Positions 12,490 to 24,500 of a stretch of 64,000 bases of DNA are shown here, piece by piece. The notes under the pieces were generated by a model, which ran no database searches, was not told the origin of the DNA, and worked only from the letters and a program-made list of their open reading frames with translations. Positions within the stretch are counted from its first letter, which is position 1. Every line of letters begins with the position of its first letter. Both the position numbers and the translations under genes were made by a program. This stretch comes from Mobula hypostoma (taxonomy: Eukaryota), in contig NC_086107.1 in assembly GCF_963921235.1 (NCBI RefSeq), positions 102,114,001 through 102,178,000 of the forward strand, written 5' to 3'.

Positions 12490-12547
12490 ATGGTTCCCCA
12501 AACAGTAATAAACTTCGGCTCGGCTATAAAGAGTCTCAGGATTAGAG
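12490..12547 (+). CDS. XPNPEP3: XPNPEP3 candidate coding exon 1 (start of mitochondrial presequence)
   Basis: ATG in strong Kozak context (ataATGG) reading [20 protein letters not shown]. It ends at a phase-1 AG|gttaga donor that fits exon 2, has no acidic residues, and has an in-frame stop upstream. Sequence is poorly conserved, so the call rests on position and phase. Confidence 0.65.
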
Positions 12548-15500
12548 GTTAGATTCTCTGACGATGCATCTGTTGACGTGTATGGAGCAGAGCCCGAGGA
12601 CTGGCGGCCTCATTTGGGATAAATCTGGGAGTCAGAGTCAAAACTTGCAGCTTTCTCAGTTTAAAAGGGCCGTTGCAACCGAGGGAAGCCCGCACGGTTG
12701 ACAAAGACGCCGGCTTCAGCCCTGTCTGGGCTCCATAGAGGCCGAGTGGCCGGCGGAGTTCCTCCAGCATGTTGTGTGGGTCGATGGCGACCAACCTCGG
12801 GTGCTGCCCCGTGTGTCCCCGTTGACCGTCTGGTTTCCCTCCGGTTGCCTCCCGCAGCCGGAGCGTGGAAAGATCCGCGTGCAGACTTAACAGTTTAGCA
12901 CAGGGCTAGACGGGCCGAATGGCCTGCGGCTGCGCCGTGGTGCACCGTGACACTATTCCAGGGAGGTCGTGGTGTTCGGTTAATTGGCTGCTCGAAACGG
13001 CGTGTGAGTGAGATGTAGAATCTGCGGGGAGGAGGGGTAAGGAAGTCTGCTAGAGCTGCTGTCCGGACACCCGGGTTCAATCCAGACGTTGGCTGTTGTC
13101 TGTTTCTTTTCTCTGTGACTGTGCGTTGACTTAAGTTTCCTCTCGTATCACAATTACTGGCTGCTGTAAATTACCCCAAAAGTTTGTAACTGGTAGAACC
13201 TGGGAGGAGGGAGAAGGGGAGTTGACAGGAATCAGGAGAGACCAGGTTTGTACTGTGACACTGTAATTTCCTTTAGGGTCAATAAAGGATCTATCTAGCT
13301 CTTTAAGACAGTATACACTCCCTGAGTTGAGGTGGCTTCACAATATGTCATAAGGCATGATAATAGCGGCTAATACAGGTTGCATCACCTTTCACGGTCT
13401 GATTGAGATGCGGGGGGTAGTCATAAAAAATCAATTAAAAGTACTTCTGAGCAGTCCCTGATCTGAATGTTGACATTGATTTCTTTCTAATGATGCTGCC
13501 TGATCTATGGAGCTTTTCCAGCTTTTTCTGTTTTAATTTAAAAATTTTTAATTTCTCTTAACTTTCTCTCAGTAACAGACATCACAGTAAAATACTTGCA
13601 AATATGGAAGATAATAGGGTCCAAATGCAAAATTAAGTAAATTTATTATCAAAGTACATATATGTCACCATACACAACTATGAAAATTATTTATTTATTG
13701 AGATACAGCACAGAATAGGTCCTTCTGGCCCTTTGAGCTACACTGCCCAGCAACCCCCGATTTTAATCTGAGCCTAATCACAGGACAATGTACAATGACC
13801 AATTAGCCCACCAACTGGTACATCTTTGGACTGGGAGGAAACCAGAGCACCCGGAGGAAATGCATGTGGTCACAGGGAGAACATACAAACTCCTTACAGG
13901 CAGAGGCAGGAATTGAACCCCATTCGCCCGTACAATAAAGCGTTGTGCTAACCATTAGGTTACCATGTTTTCTTGCGGGCATACTCAATAAATCCAATAA
14001 CCATAATAGAATCAATGAACAACTGAGCCAATAGTGTGTAAAAGACACCAAACAGTGCAAATACAAAAAGAAAGAAAACAAAGAAATAAATAAGCAATAA
14101 GTATCATGAACATGAGATGAAGAGTCCTTGAAGGTGAGTCCATAGGTTGAGGGAACAGTTCAGTGATAGGAAGAGTGAAATGGTTGAGGGGGCTGTGGAT
14201 ACCGTAGATGCTGAAAATTGGGGACAATAGAGGAGAAAATGCCCAGAGGGTCAGTCAGCATCTATAGAGTAAGAAACAACACTTTGGGCTGTTGACTTTT
14301 TGATAATGACTCAGAAATGTTAGAGTTAAACAAATGTTCAGATGCAGAAAAAGAATATGGAAAGAATACAAAGTGAAGGATGGGAGATACTAAATCATAA
14401 AAAATGAATGAGCTGAGTGAAAGAGGGTGATAAAGGAGTAAGTCAGATCTGGTGACATTTATCAAGGAAAGATGTGACAATGAAATGAAGTTTTGATGGA
14501 AACAAATGAAAATTTTAATCTCGGCTTTTCACCACATGATGTGGATGTAATTTCAAAACTTGTATCTAGTTTCTCCAACTCAATATCCTACTGTAACATT
14601 ATTTGCTCCTATTATTACTAAATGTCAATTTTTATATTTTTTATAAAAACAATTTTCAAGTCAAGTCACTTTTTATTGTCAAAATCATTGCTTGGATTAC
14701 TGCCTGGCATGACTGTGATTTTGTCAGCCCTTCTGAAACAGAAACTCTAGATGTGCCAGAGGAACTAAATGCTATTACATCAAAATAGATTTCAAGAAGT
14801 TTGATAGTACGGCATACTGTTTCACTTCTTTCGCTATCCTTTGTGTTATTGACTGGAATACTGTTCCTTGAATGCAACAATATTATTTCTCGGCATTTGA
14901 TAACTCAGGGTTTTGCATTAGTGGCTTAACAGCAATGTGGCCAAATCCTTCTGATTTGCAGAGCTAATCTTGGAGTTGCAAATCCAGTCATTACTTGCTG
15001 GTTCAGGATTTGCCTTGGGGTCGACCAGCCATGTGCAGAATTAGAGCTTCAGGGTGTTGCTGTGAATGGACTGTAGAGTTTTATCATCATCCCCTTCCTC
15101 TTCACTGTCGAAAGAGTTTGGTTTATGGGTAATCCTGTAAAACAAATTTAAGTTAACAAATTTATCTTCTTGTGATAAGGTTCTGTTTTACCAGAAAAAA
15201 AATACAATAATTGTTTTTAAGTGCTAGTTTATGTGTACAGACAAAGTGAGAGCACAGAATCACAAACTTTAGTCATTTTAATGGCTCTTTATATTTTCTG
15301 TTCTTTAGGATGTGCAAACTGCCTCTACAGAAGATTTTCCATCATGCCGTCTGGGCAAAAGAACCTCCCCACACGTTACCTAGGGCAGCCTAGTCCCTTC
15401 ACGCACCCCCATCTCCTCAGAACAGGTTAGTGGAAAAAACTGATTTGTTTCCTGGGGTTTTTCACGTCAAACAGTCAAGCCCACAAGGTCTGGCTGAGAC

Positions 15501-18500
15501 CTTGGTGCTTAGAATGTTTCATTGCCGATTTCAATATTATGGTCCTGGGGGAAGGATATCTGAACACTTTGAATAACTGGGCTTATAGAGAACTGGATCT
15601 TGCACTACACCCTTAGGAAGTAGTGCCTTCAAAGATATTGCCAGGTGTAGCAGCAAAATTGATTCAAAAGCAAAACAAAACAGAGTTGTTATACTTGTGT
15701 GACACACCCACAGCTCCAACGATTGCCTCAGAGAGTCGAATTCCTTATTTTGATCCTTTATTAGCAATTAGCAAACATACAATTAAGCATTGTCAATCAT
15801 TATCTCGGTGGTCAAAAAAGATACGACGTCCGTGGTCCCAAGCTACAGATTGCCACGAAATAAGCATGAATACGTAACTCATCCCCTTCACTTTTACCGC
15901 ACTCCTACTGATGTGACTAGTTACACATAATAAACGCACAACACAGAATACGTGGCTCCTACACCAGGGAAAGGATTATTTAACTCACTTTTCAATGGTT
16001 CCATTTAATATCGGAGAATGTGTACAGTATACAATTTTTATGGACTTTGTAGCTTCTCTTGCATTTATTGTTTGTATTGGATTGTCTTTTACTAAATGTG
16101 ATAAATTATGAAGTTCTGTTCTGGGCTTTATTTACCATGTGACTAGTGGGCAAGGCTCAGTGCTGGGACCCCAGTTGTTTACAATATATATTAATGACTT
16201 GGATGAGGGAATTAAATGCAGCATCTCCAAGTTTGCGGATGACACGAAGCTGGGTGGCAGTGTTAGCTGTGAGGAGGATGCTAAGAGGATGCAGGGTGAC
16301 TTGGATAGGTTGGGTGAGTGGGCAAATTCATGGCAGATGCAATTTAATGTGGATAAATGTGAAGTTATCCACTTTGGTGGCAAAAACAGGAAAACAGATT
16401 ATTATCTGAATGGTGGCCGATTAGGAAAAGGGGAGATGCAACGAGACCTGGGTGTCATTATACACCAGTCATTGAAAGTGGGCATGCAGGTACTGCAGGC
16501 GGTGAAAAAGGCGAATGGTATGCTGGCATTTATAGCGAGAGGATTCGAGTACAGGAGCAGGGAGGTACTACTGCAGTTGTACAAGGCCTTGGTGAGACCA
16601 CACCTGGAGTATTGTGTGCAGTTTTGGTCCCCTAATCTGAGGAAAGACATCCTTGCCATAGAGGGAGTACAAAGAAGGTTCACCAGATTGATTCCTGGGA
16701 TGGCAGGACTTTCATATGATGAAAGACTGGATGAACTAGGCTTATACTCGTTGGAATTTAGAAGATTGAGGGGGGATCTGATTGAAACGTATAAAATCCT
16801 AAAGGGATTGGACAGGCTAGATGCAGGAAGATTGTTCCTGATGTTGGGGAAGTCCAGAACGAGGGGTCACAGTTTGAGGATAAGGGGGAAGCCTTTTTGG
16901 ACTGAGATTAGGAAAAACTTCTTCACACAGAGAGTGGTGAATCTGTGGAATTCTCTGCCACAGGAAACAGTTGAGGCCAGTTCATTGGCTATATTTAAGA
17001 GGGAGTTAGATATGGCCCTTGTGGCTAAAGGGATCAGGGGGTATGGAGGGAAGGCTGGTAGGGTTCTGAGTTGGATGATCAGCCATGATCATACTGAATG
17101 GCGGTGCAGGCTCGAAGGGCCGAATGGCCTACTCCTGCACCTATTTTCTATGTTTTCTATCATCCCTGGGCTGGTAATCGCAGGTCAAATTTTGGCGTTA
17201 AAAGTCTTCCTTGTCAACTGCAAGTGGGCTGGTTTTGTTCTCATTCTTAGTGGGTATGTCTGCACCGTAGAGCTGCCACAGTTGACTATTTAATAGTAAA
17301 TGAAGAACCTGTAAGCAATTGATATTCAAAGATTCAAACTATCATATTTTAAAATGAAACTTAGATTTAAAGAGGCAATTCCTGTTTTTCTACAATGTAG
17401 CATATAACAATAGAAAGTCGCAGTGAAGGATGGATTATAAAATTACATAAATGTACAAACAGATCGTTTGAGCAAACTGGTCCACGCTGACATTTGTTTT
17501 ACATGAGCTGGCTCTCATTCTGTGCTGACCTCAGCAGTAAGTTGTATTGCATCAAAAAAAGTTTCTGTATTTCTGAAACAAGAGAAGATCAACAATTGCT
17601 GGGAAATCCAAGCAAGACACACAAAATGCTGGAGGAACTCAGCAGGCCAGGCAGCATCTATGGAAAAGAGTAAACAGTCGACATTTCGCGCCTGCAGGAC
17701 TGCAGGGAAAAAAAAATGAGGAGTAGATTTAAGAGGTGGGGGAGGGAAGAGAGAAACACGAGGTGATAGGGAGAGGGGTGAAGTAAAGAGCTGGGAAGCT
17801 GATTGGTGAGAGAGATACAGGGCTGGAGAAGGGGGCGTCTGATAGGAGAGGACAGAAGGCCATGGAAGAAAGAAGAGGGGAGCAGCACCAGAGGGAGGTG
17901 ATGGGTAGGCAAGGAGATAAGGTGAGAGAGGGAAAGGGGGATGGGGAATCGTGTAGGAGGGGGCAGGGTGGGCCATTACTGGAAGTTCATGCCATTCTGC
18001 TTTTCTGCTTCATTCACAGGCGAGGTCACTCCCAGGTTGACACAGATAGAGTACGCACTGCGCCGGCACAAACTACTCAGTCTAATCCAGAAAGAAGCCA
18101 AGACCCTGGGAGCCTCTGACCACGCCATCGTTCTGCTGTCGCATCCCACTTACTACATGACAAATGACATCCCATTTCCGTTCCACCAGAACACCAACTT
18201 TCTCTACCTTTGTGGTTTTCAAGAGCCAGACAGCGTCCTGGTGCTCCACAGTGTTCCCGGAATGAGCCTGCCTTCTCACAAGGCCGTCCTGTTCGTGCCG
18301 AGGAGGGACCAGAACCGAGAGCTATGGGATGGCCCACGCTCTGGGGTGGATGGTGCTGTTGCTCTTACAGGGGTGGATGAAGCCTATAACACCGAGGATT
18401 TCCAGCAATATATGCAGAAGTTTAAAGGTTGGTTAACATCGAGCTCTCGCAGACGTAGAGTGCAAAGAAACAGATTGATGGTTTTGTAAAACGACAGGAC

Positions 18501-21500
18501 TTGTTCCCAACCTGGGGTCCATGGCATTAAAAAAATGTTGGGAGCCCCTGTTCTAATGGAAATGCAACTGTCACACTAGGATGTTGCCCAGAAGGTGAAA
18601 CACAGAGTAGTATGATACAATGTAGAGGAGCTCGACATCTCTCCTTTGCTGTTTCTGGCCTGGGAGAGCTCAGTGCAAAAACATTCCTCAAGCTTATTAG
18701 AAAGGACCCAGGTCTGACCTTTTGTCAATAGACTATAGGTGCAGGAGTAGGCCATTCGACCCTTCAAGCCAGCACCACCATTCACTGTGATCATGGCTGA
18801 TCATCCACTATCAATATCCAGTTCCTGCCTTATCCCCATAACCTTTGATTCCGCTATCTTTAAGAGCTCTATCCATCTCTTTTTTGAAAGCATCCAGAGA
18901 CTTGGCTCCCACAGCCTTCTGGGGCAGAGCATTCCATATATCCACCACTCTCTGGGTGAAAAAGTTTTTCCTCAACTCCGTTCTAAATGGCCTACCCCTA
19001 ATTCTTAAACTGTGGCCTCTGGTTCTGGCCTCACCCATCAGCGGGAACATGCTTCCTGCCTGCAGCGTGTCCAATCCCTTAATAATTTTATATGTTTCAA
19101 TAAGATCCCCTCTCAGCCTTCTAAATTCCAGTGTATACAAGCCCAGTCGCTCCAATCTTTCGACATATGACAGTCCCGCCATCCTGGGAACTAACCTTGT
19201 GAACCTACGCTGCACTCCCTCAATAGCAAGAATGTCCTTCCTCAAATTTGGAGACCAAAACTGCACACAGTACTCCAGGTGTGGTCTCACCAGGGCCCTG
19301 TACAGCCGTAGAAGGACCTCTTTGCTCTTATACTCAACTCCCCTTGTTATGAAGGCCAGCATGTCATTAGCTTTCTTCACTGCCTGCTGTACTTGCATGC
19401 TTGCTTTCAGTGACTGATGTACAAGAACACCTATTTCTCATTGTCAAAACATGTCATGCGAGGGCTTGGGCTCGGCAAACTTGAGTGAATCTCCAGAAGA
19501 TGAAAAAGCTGATAATGCTATTTTGAGCTTTGGTTGATGAGTTCTTGAAGATGAAATCTGAAATTTGATTATATAAAAGACTTAAATGGTGCAAATGAGT
19601 TTAATTAGAATGGTATTGGGGGAAAGGTTTTTCCAGAGAGCAGAAAAGGGTAGGGGAATGTTTACTAAATTCTCTTTAAAGTTATGAGGCATGTATATGG
19701 CGAGAAATATAGGTACCAATGGTTGAGGTATAAATATAGGTATAAACCTATAAATGGTTGAGGCAGGTTCTATGTTGTCGTTTAAAGTTAAATTGGATAA
19801 ATATATGGACAGGAAAGGAATGGAGGGTTATGGGCTGAGTGCAGGTCGGTGGGAATAGGATAGGGTAAGAGTTCGGCATGGCCTGTTTCCGTCCTGTAAT
19901 TGTTATATGGTTACATGGTTATAAATGGCATCAACTTTACAAAATTGCCTTTAACCAGAGTTCATGAACTGGATAATTGGCAGGAGAGGGTGGGGGTGAT
20001 CAGTGCATTTGTGTAGAACTTCGCTGGATTACAGGGAAAGAGGAGGGAAAATGGAGATTTGAGTGCAGGCACAGGCGTGGAAGCCCAAAAGACAGCTTCC
20101 TGTGCAACATAATTATTCATACATTATATCCTTGGTTCATTTTGGGTGAGGGAGAGGTTCACAGTTGTTGCTGTGGCTCTGAATCTAAAAGTAGTGAAAA
20201 TAGAAAATGAAGTGTTTCTTTTTCAAAGATGCTGCTTGATCCGTGCGGTATTTGCAACATTTTCGGTTCCTAACATGGGCACCGTGGTAACATAGCGGTT
20301 GGCATGATGCTGTTACAGTTCAGGGCATCAAGAGTTCAGTCCTGCCATCCTCTGTAGGAATCTCTGTGTGTCCTGTTCATGGAATGCATTGGATTTTCAC
20401 CAGGTAGGTTGGTCATTGCAAATTGTCCCGTGCTAAGTTAGGGTTAAAATGGGGTTGTCGGGGATTGCTGGGCAGTGCGGTTCGAAGGGCCTCTACAACA
20501 CTGTATCTCTAAATAAACAAAATACTCTAGCACTCTCAGTCCCTACGCCTGGCTAAGTATGTCGTCATGTGACCTGTTATCCAGTAGACAAAACAGTGTC
20601 GGGGGAGCAGAGTTGTTAATTGTACAGGAAAAGAAACAATCAGCTCTTGATGAGCTGGTGCCTTCAGTTGTGGTGGATGCAAGACAAAACCTTGCAAGGA
20701 AATTTAACCTCAAACCCATATCCACCTGACTGCCAGCAGGCCAGGTCACTAATCCCACATTTTATCTCCTTATACAATTTAGTGTCAAATAATATTTGAT
20801 AAATATCAAACAAAAGGTGTAATGTAGTATCATTGAATTATATGATGCAACGGTGAAGGAGGCTATCTGGAGCACGGATTTGACTGCTTTGTGGATGATA
20901 GAGGCGTAGGTAGTGCTGAGGAAGCAGGAAGGCTGCAGAAGGACTTGGACAAATTAGGAGAATGAACAAAGACCTGGCAGATGGAATACTGTGTAGGGAA
21001 GATAATGGTCGTGCACTTTGGTAAGAGGAATAAAGGCATAGACTATTTTCTAAATGGGAAGCAAATTCAGAAGTTGGAGGTACAAAGGGACTTGTTAGTC
21101 CTAATGCACTATTTCCTAAAGGTTAATTTGCAAGTTGAGCCAGTGGTGAGAAGGCAAGTGTAGTGTTAACATTCATTTCAAGAGGACTAGAACATAAAAG
21201 CAAGGACATTGGTCAGACATTTGAAATACTGCGAGCAGTTTAGGATCTGCTAAGAAAAGATGTATTGGCTTTGGAGAAGATCCAGAAGAGGTTTAGGAGA
21301 ATCATCTTGAAAATGAAAGGGTTAACCTATGAGGAGTGTTAGATGGTTATGGACCGGTATTCACTGGCGTTTAGAGGAAAGCCCTGCCAAATATTGAGAG
21401 CCTAGACAGAGTGGACATGGAGAGAATGTTTTCATTAGTGAGGGTTTAGAATCAGAGCTTACAGCCTCAGGGTAGAAGGACGCCCCTTCAGACAGAGATG

Positions 21501-24500
21501 AGGGGAAATTTCTTTAGCCAGAGGGTGATAAGTTTATGGAATTCATTGCCACAGATAGCTGAATGGGCTAATTCTGCTCCGATGTCTTATGGTCTTATTT
21601 CTCCACTGAGTTTGTGACAGCTGTTTGGAAAAATAAATTCAGTCATTTCCAATGCTTAACTTGCCCCATCTACTGCACATTTTTACTCAGAGTATTTATC
21701 TCATTTTCTTGATATAAGTGCATGTTATTGTACTGATTGATGAACCTAGCCCACCTCCTTTGCCATTTCTTCTTCAGATGAAGGGTGGATGCTGTGGTAC
21801 GACAATGAACCTTCGATCCATTCTGTGCTACATACAGACTATCTGCAGCCCCTTGTAGACACTAAGTCTAAGAGCAAGAATGGGGTCAAACCGGTTCAGA
21901 CTCTTGTTCAGTATCTACGACTTATCAAGTCAGACACTGAAATAGAACTCATGAAGATGGCTGCAAAGATCACCTCGGAGGTAGGCTGATATGGAGATGT
22001 TGAGGAACTGGGAGCGCAGTAATTGTGTATTTTGAGGGGAAATGATTTTTACTTTTTCAAATCCTAATAGTTTCTTCAAATGAGGAATCCAGAATTGAGA
22101 GCCAGAAGGTTAATTACTTTCAAATATGATTGGGAATTCAGGATATTACCTAGAGGATATTGAAATTCTCGATATTTATTGCTTATCTATTTATATTATG
22201 TTTTCTTTCTTTTTGTATTTGCTGTCTTTCAATGATTCTGTTATGGTTATTATTCTATAGGTTTATTGAGTATGCCCACATGTCAATGAATCTCAGGATT
22301 TTATGTGGGGACATATATGTACTTCAATAATAAATTTACTTTGAACTTTAGAGAGGGAGGAAAATGTGCAAATTGTTACACGAGAAGTTATTGTGCCGAA
22401 TGTGTGAGTTGAGTTGAAGAAAAACTAAATGAATACATGAAAGGAAGGAAAAGTGGCTGTGTTAATGAGAAGCTCCTCTGGGGCATTAGTGCCAGCAGAG
22501 GTTAGTTGATTGAATTGTCTATTATCATTACTTTAAATACTATGTAACAAACCTTAAGGCACAGGCCTTCAGTGCAATGTTTTCCTTCATATTGTCTCCA
22601 CCTGTATTTCCCTGTGTTACGACGGACGGTGAGAGTCAGTAATTCATTTAGTCATCTCACGATCCCCCATCCAGGCACACTATTTCCAACATGGATTCAT
22701 AAATTCCAGGAGCAAGAACCCGAACAGATTTTCTCTTCCCTAATCCAAGGGCCAGTGAAGCCAGTTATAGCAGCCCCAACAACAGGGCGACTAACTCTCC
22801 AAAGACTGGCAGCTGTGACTTACAGCTTCCTCATATTTGTTTCCACAGGCATGTTATTTAATTATTACAAAAGAGAATCCTTTCATTCAAGAATCTATAG
22901 CGAAGTCCACTGTATGACCTACCTTACTTGTAAATTCACCCCAATAAGGAGAACTTTATACTTCCTGGGACTTTAGATTATGAGGACATGCTGTCCTCTT
23001 TTATTGTCATTTAGTAATGCATGCATTAAGAAATGATACAATATTTCCTCCGGTGTGATATCACAAAACACAGGACAGACCAAGACTGAAAAAACTAACA
23101 AAACCACATAATTATAACATATAGTTATAACAGTGCAACAATACCATAACTTGATGAAGAAGTCCACGAGCACAGTAAAAGTTCAAAGTCTCTCAAATGT
23201 TCCACATCTCACGCAGACGGGAGAAGGAAGAAAAACTCTCCCTGTCATGCCGACCACAGTCCAACTCTGGGTCATCCGAAAACTTCGAGCTCTGATCAGC
23301 TCTCCGACACCGAGTACTGAGCGCCATCTCTATCCAAACAATTCGACCTCCTTCTTGGTCGCCAACAGCAGGCAAAGCTGGGGATTTTGAGGCCTACCCT
23401 CCGAAAGATTCCTAACCGCACAGTAACGACAGCAGCGAACGAGCGTTTCAGAAATTTTTCCAGATGTTCCTCTGTGCTTTCACATCCATTCTCCATCAAA
23501 TCAGAATTGTCCACGGCCCCTATTTAACAGAAACAATATCATTTTTTATCGGAGGGCTGCACACGCGGGGCGCGCTGCTTCTCTCTCCTCCCGCCTTTGA
23601 ACTGCCTTTTGATTCAGTGTAGCTGGGCTTCCCATACACACCACAAAATAGAGTGGGTTTTGTACAAAATTCTAAGCACACAGTGTGTGGAATGAAGCTC
23701 AATGAGGTAGAAGCCTCAGGAACTATATATGTATAGGAATAAATCCCGCTCCAGAACAAGTACACACACTTAGACATAAAGCAGGTAAGCAGCCAGCGTC
23801 TACTGTATGTTTCCAGCAAAGAGGACATCAGTTTTCGTTGACTATGTTGAGGCAAGAGGCTGACCAAGGTTTAAAAACTTACGAACACCTCTGTATACAA
23901 AAGAGATTGCATAATGTTATTAAATGCTTATAAATGAACTAGTTTTCTCCCTCTTCCACTTTTCGTAATTGTTCCTTCTTGTAAGACGTGCTTTTGATGC
24001 CTTTTATTACAACACTATGGAGGCATGGTTACTGTACTAAAAGATTTGTTTTTAAAATATATTCTGACTTGCTGAGAAAATTGCCATACGGACGTCTATA
24101 AAAATGGAGACTATTCATTACCTATATCACTATGCACACTGAACACAGTAGACAGGGAGGTGATAGTACTGCTGAGTCTAACTCGGGCACCGACAACAGT
24201 TTTAGGGTTGGCAGTTAGCTGGTATCTGTTTCCACAGCTTCACATTTGTCCATTTTTGTTTAAGAAACTTACATCTTTGGTAGAGGCCAACTGTGATCCG
24301 TTTAATGTTGCTTGGGACAAATTTACCTCTGGGTATTATCAGCACAGATTTTGGCTGAGGTCAAGGAATCCCTGTCGTGAACAAAGGAGCCCTAAAACAA
24401 GTCTCCTCTGAACATACCTGTCTGTAAGAAATGTAATTTGTGTTCAGTCATCTGCCTGGAACAGCTTTAACCAAAAATTCATCATGAACTTAGCAGTGAA

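Noticed and set aside
16139-17293. 384-aa ORF (also the 398-aa ORF at 57481) as a host or domesticated RT gene
   Set aside because: These are truncated multicopy CR1 ORF2 fragments with LINE tails; the extension past the normal stop comes from a small deletion
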